A DNA stretch of 64,000 nt from Candidatus Poribacteria bacterium (GTDB lineage Bacteria > Poribacteria > WGA-4E > PCPOR2b), in the NCBI GenBank assembly GCA_965116925.1, contig OZ220744.1:2944001-3008000 (forward strand), given 5' to 3'. The notes beneath the pieces were generated by a model that was not told the origin of the DNA, searched no databases, and saw only the letters and a program-made list of their open reading frames with translations. The position numbers and the translations under genes were made by a program. Shown here piece by piece: positions 20,816 through 31,400 of the stretch (the first letter of the stretch is position 1; each line of letters begins with the position of its first letter).

Positions 20816-20899
20816 TGCCCCCGACTGGACTCGAACCAGCATGCCAGTTAAGGCACAGGCCCTCAACCTGCTGTGTATACCAAATTCCACCACAGGGGC
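20816..20899 (-). tRNA. tRNA-Leu (anticodon GAG), CCA not encoded
   Basis: Reverse complement GCCCCTGTGGTGGAATTTGGTATACACAGCAGGTTGAGGGCCTGTGCCTTAACTGGCATGCTGGTTCGAGTCCAGTCGGGGGCA folds as a cloverleaf with long variable arm and GTTCGA T-loop. Confidence 0.96.
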
Positions 20900-20939
20900 A
20901 GTTAGGCAACCTAATTATACCCATCGGAAAAGAAAAATG

Positions 20940-21515
20940 TCAAGCGAAATTTCTGTCTCGAATCAGTGCTTGGAAAACACGGTAGCCCACGATATCGTGG
21001 AGCCCGTGTGCAATCATCGGGATCAATAGCGATCCAGTCGCAACCATCAGAAGTCCGAACCAGATTCCTTCTAACATCGCCCAAAACCAAAAAAACAGAA
21101 ACTTCCGTCGTAACCAGTGGCAAGCGGCAAATAACACTCCTGTAATCACAACTCCAAGGACGCCGTTGTCTATAGCCACCAACAGTGTACCCCGAAAGAG
21201 CGGCTCCTCAGCAAGGGCTGCCATCAACCCACCAGTGATGTACTCGGGCCAACGCATCTTGCCCAAGACCACGCAACCATGATGATTAAATACTTCCAAA
21301 TATGTCTGTCCCAGCATTCGCTTAAAGATTTCATGCAGTGCACCGTCGAATACCAACGACAGGATTCCAGCCACCAAACCAATGCCGATCTGTGCACCCA
21401 GTGACCATGGACTCGTCATCAGATGTGTGAAAGCACCAAACCACCAACTGAGCAGTCCACCCACTCCCGTTGCTAGCAGGGCGATTTGCCATCGATGTTT
21501 TAGGTAGAAGAACAT
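20940..21515 (-). CDS. CPBP (CAAX/Abi) family intramembrane metalloprotease
   Basis: Multiple TM helices; EEPLFRG, FAACH and AHGLHD. Confidence 0.88.
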   Translation of the reverse strand: MFFYLKHRWQIALLATGVGGLLSWWFGAFTHLMTSPWSLGAQIGIGLVAGILSLVFDGALHEIFKRMLGQTYLEVFNHHGCVVLGKMRWPEYITGGLMAALAEEPLFRGTLLVAIDNGVLGVVITGVLFAACHWLRRKFLFFWFWAMLEGIWFGLLMVATGSLLIPMIAHGLHDIVGYRVFQALIRDRNFA

Positions 21516-21580
21516 GAGTATGTGCGGTTAATACCGGGTTCGGTAGAATGACATAAAGTCGAATCTGAAATATCATCGAC

Positions 21581-22705
21581 TTACGAACGGTGCGATCCCG
21601 GTAAAAATGTCTGACTGAATTGAGCAGCTTTTTCAACACGTTCCAGGATCGGCTGATACCCTGTCCCAGCTGACTGCGACGGCGTAAATGTGCAGTCATC
21701 GTTCAAGACCAACTCCGTTTCCGTCAAATCTTGGCGATAGAAGAAATTACTAGGAAAAAGATCGCCCGGATAGGTGAAGTTGTCCAATGTCGCTAGCTCG
21801 ACCAAGACACCGGCACCGATCCCGCTCTCTAACATACTACCCACCCAGCACGGGATGCCAGCATCGCGCGCCATATTGTGCAGCTTTACCGCGATGGAAA
21901 GTCCGCCGACACGTCCCGTTTTGAGGTTGAGAATCTGACAAGATTTCAGTTTCAACGCCCATTCAAAGGTATGCACCGATACAATTGACTCGTCCAGACA
22001 GACCGGTGTCGCAATTTGCCGCTGTAACTCCGCATGTTCTAATAGATCATAGTGGTACAAAGGCTGCTCAATCATCGCCAATCCTAGCTCATCAACCCGC
22101 TTGAAGAAATCGAGATCCTCCAACGTATATCCTGAGTTGCAATCAATGTGGAATGTTTGGTGCGGAAAAGCTGCACGGACCGCTCGCAACATCTCAAGAT
22201 CCCAACCCGGCCGCACTTTGAGTTTAACCCGCTTGAAACCATTATCAACGGCACCCTGAATCTTCTCCAACAGCATGTCAATGGAATCCTGCACACCGAA
22301 ATCGGCACCGGCATCCACCTTCCTAAAGCTGCCACCCAGCAACTGGTGCAGCGGCACCCCTTCCATATTGGCTTTGAGGACCCACCAAGCAACCTCTGGA
22401 CCGGCTTTGGCAAACGGATTTCCTTTGATCCACCTGTACGCAGCGAGTAATTCATCAGCCGTATCAAACGTTTTCCCAACCAACAGCGGCGCAATAAACT
22501 CGGTTATCGTGTGGTATGCCGACATCGTGGATTCGGGTGAGTAGGCAGGTGCCTTCAGCGGCGTGGTCTCGCCCCAACCTTCATATCCCTCTGATTCCAT
22601 TCGGACAAGGACCGAATCGACAGCGTAATCCTCGCCATAAGCCGTGCGCCAAGGATAAATCAGGGGTAGACTGACATAGTAAACGTCAATGCGATCGATC
22701 TGCAT
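21581..22705 (-). CDS. menC: o-succinylbenzoate synthase / N-acylamino acid racemase (NSAR-OSBS type, enolase superfamily)
   Basis: GFKRVKLK, IDCN, MIEQP, CLDES, NLKTGRVGG and GSMLESGIG; no other men genes nearby, so racemase function is equally possible. Confidence 0.75.
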   Translation of the reverse strand: MQIDRIDVYYVSLPLIYPWRTAYGEDYAVDSVLVRMESEGYEGWGETTPLKAPAYSPESTMSAYHTITEFIAPLLVGKTFDTADELLAAYRWIKGNPFAKAGPEVAWWVLKANMEGVPLHQLLGGSFRKVDAGADFGVQDSIDMLLEKIQGAVDNGFKRVKLKVRPGWDLEMLRAVRAAFPHQTFHIDCNSGYTLEDLDFFKRVDELGLAMIEQPLYHYDLLEHAELQRQIATPVCLDESIVSVHTFEWALKLKSCQILNLKTGRVGGLSIAVKLHNMARDAGIPCWVGSMLESGIGAGVLVELATLDNFTYPGDLFPSNFFYRQDLTETELVLNDDCTFTPSQSAGTGYQPILERVEKAAQFSQTFLPGSHRS

Positions 22706-22742
22706 GAGTAATTCCTCTCTATCGTGTACGTATATTTTGTTG

Positions 22743-22770
22743 TTGACGCCGATTAGAAAATGTCTATAAT
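22743..22770 (+). promoter_or_regulatory. Sigma-70-type promoter upstream of the 22954 gene
   Basis: TTGACG-N16-TATAAT, followed by a leader hairpin TAGGGTGAG-N11-CTCACCCTA at about 22800-22828. Confidence 0.5.
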
Positions 22771-22953
22771 AGCAGGCTAACTGGTTAGATTCAGCCCTCT
22801 AGGGTGAGAAGCTGCAAAACTCACCCTAATTTTACCATATCAGAGGAAATCAAGGGAATAAAGAAATAGAGATAGAAACTTTATCAAACGCACGAAAAGT
22901 TATGATACAAAAGGGTCTAGACATTTTTACGCACTTACTTGAAAGGACAATTG

Positions 22954-24243
22954 ATGAAAATTGTAGACGTAGAACGTATAATCGTTGATGTGCCATTCAC
23001 CCCACGACAGCAAAAGATTACAGCGCGGGAAGTATACAACTGGGCGGTTCTAGAGTTGTGCAAAGTCACTACGGATACCGGACATGTGGGTTGGGGCGAA
23101 ACTGTAATTCACTACACTTGGGCGCGGGTAACAGACGATGCCGTCGAAAGGGTAAAAGGACAAAGCCCTGCAAAATTGATGAACGACGATTCCCTCGGAG
23201 CAGGCTTACAGATGGCGTTATTCGATGTAGTCGGCAAGGTATTAGACGTGCCGGCTTACGAGTTGATGGGGACGCAGGTGCGCGACTGGGTGCCCATCTC
23301 TTGGTGGTGTATCGACGCCTCCCCTGAAGATTGGGCAGCCGAGGCTGCGGACGCTGTGACAAAGGGTTACACCAGTATCAAACTCAAACCCCGTCCTTGG
23401 TGGGACATCGTTGCACAAGTCGATGCCATCGCTCAGGTCGTGCCACCGCACTTTAAGTTGGATCTCGACGCCAACGGTACTTGGCAAAATGCAGCTGCCG
23501 CGATTCCTATCATCAAAAAACTAGAGAAATACACCAATGTGGCGATGTTTGAGACACCTATCCCGCAGAACGACGTACTTGGGAATATGCAGATCCGTCA
23601 GGCGATTAATCGACCGATTGCCATGCACTTCGGATCGCCGCCCTATATCACCAATATCCGCGAAGGGGTCTGTGATGGATACGTTATCTGTACCGGGAAG
23701 TCTGGCGTCATACAACAAGGGATTTTAAGTGCTGAGGCACAGATGCCTTTCTGGCTGCAGTTAGTAGGCAATGGGCTAACCACGACGTGGGCTGCCCATC
23801 TAGGCTCGGTTTTAACCCACGCCACTTGGCCCGCAATTACCTGCATAAACCTCTACAGCCATCAGTTATTGAAAAAGGAGATCGAGGTTGTCGGTGGGTA
23901 TCACAAAGTGCCGGAGGGTCCGGGGTTAGGGGTTGAGGTTGACGAAGAAGCAGTTGAGAAATATCGCGTCCCAGAAGATACAATCAAAGAATTGAAACAA
24001 AGGGGTGAAACCTACGATCGCCCGAAACCACGTATCATCAACGCCATCGTATACCCAGATGGCAGCTGCATTCACATGGGTTTCAGCAGTCAGGGATACG
24101 GCTACTTCAATGCGGGACATGGACCTGCCTATGTAGAAGGCGTGCGTCTGGAAGCGCAGCCGGACGATGGATCCGAAGCGTGGCGGGATCTGTTTGAACG
24201 GGCGCAGCAACACCCCGTGCGAGGTCGCTGGGAGGAGGCATAA
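22954..24243 (+). CDS. Mandelate racemase/muconate lactonizing enzyme family protein with C-terminal extension
   Basis: GWGE, ALFDVVGK, KLK, LDAN, FETP and PEGPGLGVEVDE. Confidence 0.87.
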   Translation: MKIVDVERIIVDVPFTPRQQKITAREVYNWAVLELCKVTTDTGHVGWGETVIHYTWARVTDDAVERVKGQSPAKLMNDDSLGAGLQMALFDVVGKVLDVPAYELMGTQVRDWVPISWWCIDASPEDWAAEAADAVTKGYTSIKLKPRPWWDIVAQVDAIAQVVPPHFKLDLDANGTWQNAAAAIPIIKKLEKYTNVAMFETPIPQNDVLGNMQIRQAINRPIAMHFGSPPYITNIREGVCDGYVICTGKSGVIQQGILSAEAQMPFWLQLVGNGLTTTWAAHLGSVLTHATWPAITCINLYSHQLLKKEIEVVGGYHKVPEGPGLGVEVDEEAVEKYRVPEDTIKELKQRGETYDRPKPRIINAIVYPDGSCIHMGFSSQGYGYFNAGHGPAYVEGVRLEAQPDDGSEAWRDLFERAQQHPVRGRWEEA

Positions 24244-24245
24244 AA

Positions 24246-24920
24246 ATGAGCTATGAAGTTGTTGAATCAAAGTTTGTCGCGACTGAAGAACAGGGCGAAG
24301 TTTCGTCGTTGCTGATTTGTCCCGACGGTGCACAGCGGCTGTTGGTACTGGGACATGGTGCTAGCACGAATATGCGGCACACAACCCTTCAGACCATCGC
24401 TGAACGCCTGGCGGACGTTGGCATCGCTACATTCCGGTACAACTTCCCTTATTCAGAACGGGGCGGTGGTCGAAATTCAAACGCTGTCTGTCAAGAGACT
24501 GTTCGTTCGGCAGTCGCAGCGGCACATACAGCGGCGAGCGATCTGTCAATTCTCGTCGGTGGGCACTCCTTCAGCGGACGCATGTCATCAATGGCTGCGG
24601 CGGAGGCACCGCTGGAGGGTGTGCGCGGCTTGGTGTTCTTCGCCTTTCCTCTGCATCCGTCTGGGAAACCTTCGACGGAACGCGCAGCGCATCTGAACGA
24701 TGTCACGATACCGATGCTCTTCCTGTCCGGCACACGCGATAAATTAGGGGAACTTGACCTGCTACAACCTACCTGCGATCAGATCGACAAAGCGACACTG
24801 CACCTTTTGGACACCGCCGACCACGGATTTAAGATCCTCAAACGCTCTCGCAACACCGACGAAGATGTATTCGTGGAGATGGCGCGGGTCATCAATGAAT
24901 GGGTGTCAGAATTGGATTAA
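24246..24920 (+). CDS. Alpha/beta hydrolase (KANL3/Tex30-like)
   Basis: LGHGA, GGHSFSGR, FPLHP, GTRD and ADHGF. Confidence 0.87.
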   Translation: MSYEVVESKFVATEEQGEVSSLLICPDGAQRLLVLGHGASTNMRHTTLQTIAERLADVGIATFRYNFPYSERGGGRNSNAVCQETVRSAVAAAHTAASDLSILVGGHSFSGRMSSMAAAEAPLEGVRGLVFFAFPLHPSGKPSTERAAHLNDVTIPMLFLSGTRDKLGELDLLQPTCDQIDKATLHLLDTADHGFKILKRSRNTDEDVFVEMARVINEWVSELD

Positions 24921-24933
24921 GAGCAACTATCAC

Positions 24934-25755
24934 TTACCGTCCGTGAACTGCTCGCAAATCCAACCGTTGCTCAACATTGTCTGAAACCGCGTTAGTCCAC
25001 TCCACATCGTCGAGGCTTTGCAGACTCATCAGCGCAACATCAACGAGTGGATTGGAGAGGACATAATTCAGCAGAAAGCTGTCCAGATCAACCCCCTCCA
25101 TCTGGGCAGGGAAGTACCGCTGCATCAGATTTTGGAAGGCGTTGCTTGTCGTCGATCGCATCAACACAACCCCCATATCTTTGGCAACCGCCTCCGGTAT
25201 CGTCCCACGATTGCCAAAGATGTCGCAGGTGCTCTGGTACATGAGGTTGTAATGAACCTGAATCATGTCAAATTCACCGGACGCAATCATCCGCTCAACG
25301 CCCCCTGAGGGACCATCTGCCGAGAATCCGATGAAACGGATTTTCCCTTGGTCCCGCAATTTCTGATACGTTTCCAACCCACCTTGCTCTAAGATCTGGT
25401 CTGCATCCTCCCCCTGATGCCAGCCGCCGTGAAACTGTAAGACATCAATCACGTCTGTTTGCAATCGTGTCAGGCTTCCCTCCACATCGTCAAGAATACC
25501 CTGCGGATCAAAGGCTTCCGTTTTAGTTGCAAGAATAAGCCCATCTTTGCACCCCTGAATCGCTTTCCCTATAACGGTTTCGCTCAGACCGCTCCCGTAG
25601 GTCGGTGCCGTGTCAATATAGTTGAGCCCCATGTCGAAGGCACGGTGGAGCATCTGGATGAGGCTTTGTTCGTCCTGATCGGCGCGCACACGCCCACCCC
25701 CGTATCCGATCTCCGAAACGCGCAGCTGGGTGCGACCTAATGTTCGATACTGCAT
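24934..25755 (-). CDS. Aldo/keto reductase
   Basis: YRTLGRT.L.VSEIG, DTAPTYG...SE, ATK and SLTRLQTD.ID. Confidence 0.9.
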   Translation of the reverse strand: MQYRTLGRTQLRVSEIGYGGGRVRADQDEQSLIQMLHRAFDMGLNYIDTAPTYGSGLSETVIGKAIQGCKDGLILATKTEAFDPQGILDDVEGSLTRLQTDVIDVLQFHGGWHQGEDADQILEQGGLETYQKLRDQGKIRFIGFSADGPSGGVERMIASGEFDMIQVHYNLMYQSTCDIFGNRGTIPEAVAKDMGVVLMRSTTSNAFQNLMQRYFPAQMEGVDLDSFLLNYVLSNPLVDVALMSLQSLDDVEWTNAVSDNVEQRLDLRAVHGR

Positions 25756-25797
25756 GGTGAAATCCTTTCGCCCTTAGATACAGTTATGGTAATCCGA

Positions 25798-27459
25798 CTA
25801 AAAGTCAAACTCAATCTCCACCAATCGGTTCTCACGCGCGGCGGTCTCACAACCCTCAATACACTGAATAGTCCCCTTCGCCCACTCCGCTGTAATCAGT
25901 AAAGGTTGCCCGGAAAGCAGATGATCTGAGACGTTCTTATAATATGTTTGCCAGCCTCGGTTGGTCACCGTCGGGTAATCGGAAACCATTTTCCGCCCGT
26001 CCTCCATAATAGAGGTTACGGTGGTTTCGCCTTGGAAATTACCCACTACAATAGAACCGTGCGTGCCGAGTACAGTCCAGAGCGGTTTATCAGCTGCATG
26101 CAGATTAGACTGGATGAGCTGCGCTTCCAAGCCGCTGTCAAACCGCACATACGCCCGGCAGAAATCTTCAACCGAATTGGCTTGCCAATGCCGTTTGAGG
26201 AAATTACCGTACAACGTCGCACGTTTATTGATACGGTTCCCATTTCGGTCGTGTTGAGGGATTAATTGCAGGATCTTCTCGAACTGGTGCGCGCCCATAT
26301 CGTACAATAGCCCACCCGAAATCTCCTTATGATCCCGCCACATCTGTCCAGGCGCGCCGTAGCCGACCATGTTACACTCAATCGAGTACACATCTCCAAT
26401 GATACCTGATTCCACAGCATCGCAGAGGGTGAGAATATCCGGATCCCAGTGGCGATTATGATAAACCGAAAGCATAACGCCCTTTTCGCGTGCGAGCGCA
26501 ATCAACTCGTCCGCTTCGGAGACATGGACGACAAACGGTTTTTCGGTGATGGTGTGCAGCCCCGCCTCTAACATAGTCTTCGCAACCGGCGCGTGATAGA
26601 CATGCGGCACAATCACAATAGCCAGATCAATTTGACCACTTTCTGCCATCTCCTTTGCATCGGTGAACGTAGTAATTCCCTCACCTTGCTCCTCCTTCGC
26701 AGCGCGGAGGCGTTCGGGATCCCTATCGCAGACAGCCGCCAACTCAAATCCGTGGGTCTGTGCAATCATACCGGCGTGATGGCTGCCCATATTGAACAGC
26801 GGACCGTAGCCCACTAAGCCAATACGGATCGGCGGGTTATCCTTCAGGTTAGTTACATAGCGGAGTCCCTTGAGCAATTGGTCTTGAAAGTCCGTATTAC
26901 CAAAGGCACGGTTGTCGTGTCCAAGCGCGGTGTAAAACACCTTTCCCTCACCGTAGTCCCGCACATAACCGAGCGGATATTTTTGGAGTCGCCACGCACC
27001 GTGTTGAAAATAACGCAACGGCGCGTCCGTGCGAACCTTCATCTGATAACATTCATCTACGATCCGGAACTGCTTGTTGAGGCGTGGCAGAATATCGTCA
27101 ATCCCATCTTCGACTGTTACTTCAAAAGGTGCTAACGGGTCGTGTTCGATGAACTCCGTGCCGATCAGCTCAATGTAATCATCATACTGCCCAAGCCCGG
27201 CGTTGGCACCATGCACCGCAAGTAACCCACCGCCACCCCTGACATACCCGGTCAACCCACGCTCAACTTCAGGCGTAATTTCCCCGCCACCGATGTATAG
27301 CGTGACCGCATCAAACGCAGAGGGATCCGTCAATCGGTTGCGATCGTCGCTAATCTCCACTTCAAACTGCCCGGCAGCTTCAACCAACGGCTTGAACATT
27401 TCCGCAAATTCGCCAAAAGGGGGCTGCGGACCGTTAATGATCAATAAGACTTTCTTCAA
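25798..27459 (-). CDS. ThuA-like domain fused to a Gfo/Idh/MocA oxidoreductase
   Basis: N-terminal ThuA motifs (GGGGLLAVH, GKVFYTALGH); then IGLVGYG, EKP, YHNRHWD and GGLLYDMGAH; TTG start after GGAGGG. Confidence 0.88.
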   Translation of the reverse strand: MKKVLLIINGPQPPFGEFAEMFKPLVEAAGQFEVEISDDRNRLTDPSAFDAVTLYIGGGEITPEVERGLTGYVRGGGGLLAVHGANAGLGQYDDYIELIGTEFIEHDPLAPFEVTVEDGIDDILPRLNKQFRIVDECYQMKVRTDAPLRYFQHGAWRLQKYPLGYVRDYGEGKVFYTALGHDNRAFGNTDFQDQLLKGLRYVTNLKDNPPIRIGLVGYGPLFNMGSHHAGMIAQTHGFELAAVCDRDPERLRAAKEEQGEGITTFTDAKEMAESGQIDLAIVIVPHVYHAPVAKTMLEAGLHTITEKPFVVHVSEADELIALAREKGVMLSVYHNRHWDPDILTLCDAVESGIIGDVYSIECNMVGYGAPGQMWRDHKEISGGLLYDMGAHQFEKILQLIPQHDRNGNRINKRATLYGNFLKRHWQANSVEDFCRAYVRFDSGLEAQLIQSNLHAADKPLWTVLGTHGSIVVGNFQGETTVTSIMEDGRKMVSDYPTVTNRGWQTYYKNVSDHLLSGQPLLITAEWAKGTIQCIEGCETAARENRLVEIEFDF

Positions 27460-27496
27460 TTTGCCCTCCAAAAAAGACTACGACTACCAAGATTGG

Positions 27497-27530
27497 AGAA
27501 ACCGAGTTTTTCCGAAAAAACTCGGTTTCT
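27497..27530. repeat. Near-perfect intergenic hairpin (terminator or REP-like)
   Basis: AGAAACCGAGTTTTT-CCGA-AAAAACTCGGTTTCT between dapF and the ThuA-Gfo gene. Confidence 0.6.
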
Positions 27531-27560
27531 TTGCACGACTTCTTAACATGAACAATCTTG

Positions 27561-28388
27561 TTAGTACGCCCAAGCGTCCTCTGTAAGTTCACCCGAATAG
27601 ATGATTCGCGCATCACCCTCCAGATGGACATTTTCCGGCTCGCCGTTCACTAAGTCAAAATGGATAGTCAACACCGAACCACTAGCGGTCTTTACGGCGA
27701 CGGGAGACTGAACCTTCCCTAGCGCAGCGGAGACAACCGCAGCGGCAATAGAGCCTGTGCCACAGGCAAGGGTTTCATCTTCGACACCGCGTTCGTATGT
27801 GCGGATGTCAATCGCTTGAGAATCGTTGACACGGACGAAATTGGCGTTGGTCCCCGCAGGCTTGAAGTCGTCGTGGTAGCGCGTCTGCCTGCCAAGCCCG
27901 AACACATCCGTTCCTTCCAAATCTTCAGCGTAAAAGAGCACATGGGGAACGCCACTATTGGCGAAAGAGATGTTGTGGACACCATCTTCTAAGTGAAGCG
28001 GGAAGTTCAATCGGAGGTCCGTTGGATCACTCATCCGGACTTTGACGTCAGCACCGACAATCTCCGATTCATAGATTCCGGCTTGCGTCTCAAAGGACAT
28101 CTGCTCCGAAACGATGCCGTTGATATAGGCGAACCTTGAGATACAACGCGCGCCATTTCCGCAAGTCTCCGCTTCGCTGCCGTCCGCGTTGAAGTAACGC
28201 ATCCGGAAATCTGCTTTATCCGTATCTTCGACGAGCAGCACACCATCCGCACCGGCAGACATGCGGCGTTGGCACACCTTTTCGACAAAATCGGTATTTT
28301 CGTATTGGACAACGCTTTCGCGGTTATCAATAATAACGAAGTCATTACCCGCACCACTTAGTTTCATGAAGGGTATTTTTTGAGCCAT
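27561..28388 (-). CDS. dapF: Diaminopimelate epimerase
   Basis: KLSGAGNDF, NADGSEAETCGNGARC, GVPH, GTNANF and RTYERGVEDETLACGTG. Confidence 0.97.
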   Translation of the reverse strand: MAQKIPFMKLSGAGNDFVIIDNRESVVQYENTDFVEKVCQRRMSAGADGVLLVEDTDKADFRMRYFNADGSEAETCGNGARCISRFAYINGIVSEQMSFETQAGIYESEIVGADVKVRMSDPTDLRLNFPLHLEDGVHNISFANSGVPHVLFYAEDLEGTDVFGLGRQTRYHDDFKPAGTNANFVRVNDSQAIDIRTYERGVEDETLACGTGSIAAAVVSAALGKVQSPVAVKTASGSVLTIHFDLVNGEPENVHLEGDARIIYSGELTEDAWAY

Positions 28389-28453
28389 ATCGGTTCTCCT
28401 TATTCTTAATGTCAAGTTATTATATCATATCCGCCATTTACTCTACAACGGTT

Positions 28454-31400
28454 CTATTTCACGATAACCATTCGACGGGTTCCGGTGTAGTCATCAGTGG
28501 TCAGCGTGTAGAAGTATACACCGCTAGCCACCGACTCTCCGATTTCGTTGCAACCATCCCAATACGCTGCCTTTGTCCGATTGGTGTAGTATCCCGCCCT
28601 TTGATGCCCTAGATTCAACTGACGCACCAACGCACCGTGGATGTCATAGATGCTAATCCGTACCACTGTATCATTGGCAAGATGATACGGAATCCATGTC
28701 TCTGGGTTAAACGGATTCGGGTAGTTTGCGCGGAGCATCGTCTTGTCTGGAACCATTGACGCAAGCAGCCTTTCAAGGGTCGCTATACCTTGGACAAAGG
28801 CGATCGATCCGTCGTTGTGAGCGTGCGCTATATCTATCCACTCCTGAACCTTCTCTGGACTAAGAGACGCGGGAACCGCAGCCGGTGCAGCGGGAGTGCT
28901 TGTTACGCCGAGATGTTGGGCAACTAGGATTAAGTCGAGGATGTTAGTGGTTCCATCCCCGTTAATGTCGCCCTCTGTGCTACCGAAGTTTTGAGCGGTT
29001 AGTATCAGATCGAGGACGTTCACAACGCCATCCTTATTTAGATCGTAGGGTAAAGTTGGTGGTTCGACAGCGGCTTTCAGATAGATTTCGCCGTCGAGGT
29101 CGGGGAGTTGGTGGGTCGTGGACGCAGCGCTGTTTCCCCTATCGGAGACGGGGATAGCAGATTCGGGTAGGGAGATGGCTTGGGCCGAACCACTGCGGTT
29201 ATAGACAGCCCAACCGTTGGTGAACTCCCGGATGAACAAACCCTCAACGTTTTGATAAAGTTGGGCTTTCGGACCGATGGGATGTCCTAAATTGGCATCC
29301 CAGAAAGGATACCAAAAGTGCTCATGGCCGGGTCCCCACGGATAAATAGCGTCAGGATCGGGTCCGGGGATAGCCCCTGTCCCGGTAGTATACATCACAT
29401 AGCCATCGGAATGGGTCAGACTCATAGTCGTAAAAACGCGCATCCAACGGCGGTTATCAGGGCTGTCTGGCGGTTCTGTCGGAATGCCCCAACCCTCTAA
29501 GCAGTTAATCTGGGGCGATCGAAATTTTTCCTCTGACCAAGTGAGAGTGTCTTCAATCTCATAAAGTCCGCCATGGGTGTATCCACCGGGATTATCACTA
29601 AAGTGATTATCTGTGAGGGTCTCCATGAAGGTGCCGTTGACATACTCGGTATAACGTGTTGCTTTGGTCCTATTGGTATTGATGAGTACCAGAAAGTCCT
29701 CACGAACTTGTGAGCGGACAGCTCGGAGAATATTGAGCATTACCTGGATAATCTCTTCATTGCTAACAGGGTAATGCCTCCTTCCCATGAATCCGGTGAA
29801 GTTGTTATGAAAACCATCCAAAAAAACTCCATCGTAGAGGCCACACCGCTCAAAGGAAATAATACGCTTTATAAGCAGATCTTGAACCTCAGGCTTCAAA
29901 AAATTAATGAGATATTCATTATTAGCATTTCTGATTATCTGACCTTGAGCATCTCTGAGCCAAAAGTCAGAACCCGGTGGAAAGGCTTCAGGCCTATCAT
30001 GGTGGTAGATTCGGACGTCGTGCAAGAATATCATGTTGGGATTTTGGGCAAGCTGCCGCTGTCTTGTTTCACGTGCACCTTCCAAGTAACCTGCACGCTG
30101 GATGGCTACTCCATAAGTCGGTTCGGCTAAGGTGGTATCCCACTTCAATCTAAGACCTGAGTTAAAAAACAGGTCATGCAGAACATGGCGCTGTTCCCGT
30201 GTGAGGTGATCAAGCCCAACAACGTCATTCCACGCTTGGAAGACCGAAGGAAAACTTCGATTCTTTATCCGGTCTCTAGCTAAGGGCAGCAGCGGTTCAA
30301 TATCACACACTTCATCATAACGAAAATCGGTGAGATTGAGTCCTTGCAGTGGACTGATATCAGTGCCAAAATTGTCGTGTATCCAGAGTGCCCGAAGATT
30401 GATAAGATTGGCAAGAGGACTAAAATCAACGATTTGGTTTGATTGAAGGTGCAAATAAGTAAGATTGGTTAATTCACCCAAGGGACTAATATCTGATATT
30501 CTGTTGTGTCCTAGGGAGACTCCTCTCAGATTTTCTAAGTTGCGAAGGGGACTCAAATCAGTAATGTGACACCCCCAGAGAGTAACTCCCTCTAGTTTTG
30601 TAAGATGGGTTAAGGGACTGATAGCTACGATCGGGTTGAGGTATAAGATGAGAAATCTTATATTGGTCGCGTATTCCAGCCCTGTTAGATTTGTGATTCC
30701 GCGATTGCCGCCGGCATCCAGTCTCGTTAATCGTAGCATCTGTCCTTGTGTGAGCGGCACCACCTCTGGCAGAGACAGTGCTTCTCGAATCAGCTGTCTC
30801 AAGTTCGGATCAGGTACTTCTACCACGATATTGAACCCTTCGCTGATTTCAATGTCCAACTCTACCCCCTCAAGTTCAAGAAGGGGACTAAAGTCATGGA
30901 AAGGATTATCAGCAATGTGCAACTCCATTAGATTTTTTAATCCAATCAGTGGGGTGACATCCGTAATCTCATTTCTGTTAAGCCGCAGCTCTTCCAACAG
31001 AGTCAGATTGGCGAGTATTGTGATGTCTGCAACCGAATTGCCCTGTATCCAGAGTTCCCGAAGATTGATAAGATCGGCAAGAGGATTTAAGTCAACGATT
31101 TGGTTTGATTGAAGATGCAAAGCAGTAAGATTGGTTAATTCACCCAAGGGACTGATATCCGATATGTTGTTGTGTCCTAGAAAGACCCCTCTCAGATTTT
31201 TTAAGTTGTGCAGTGGACTCAAATCAACAATGTCGCACCCCCAGAGAGTAACTCCTTTTAGTTTTGTAAGATGGGTTAAGGGACTGATAGCTACGATTGG
31301 GTTGAGGTCTAAATCAAGAGATTGGAGGTTAGTTGCATATTCCATACCTGTTAGGTCAGTGATTCCGCGATTGCCGCCTGCGTCCAGTTCTGTTAATCGT

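Noticed and set aside
20816..20899. tRNA-anchored genomic island or prophage attachment site
   Set aside because: No integrase nearby and no duplicate of the tRNA 3' end seen elsewhere in the window.
21581..22705. Menaquinone biosynthesis operon (menC with the MTA nucleosidase as mqnB)
   Set aside because: No other men or mqn genes are nearby and the two genes are over 11 kb apart and belong to alternative pathways.
22770..22953. Riboswitch in the leader of the 22954 gene
   Set aside because: Only one clear hairpin and no recognisable aptamer consensus; an Rfam search would be needed.
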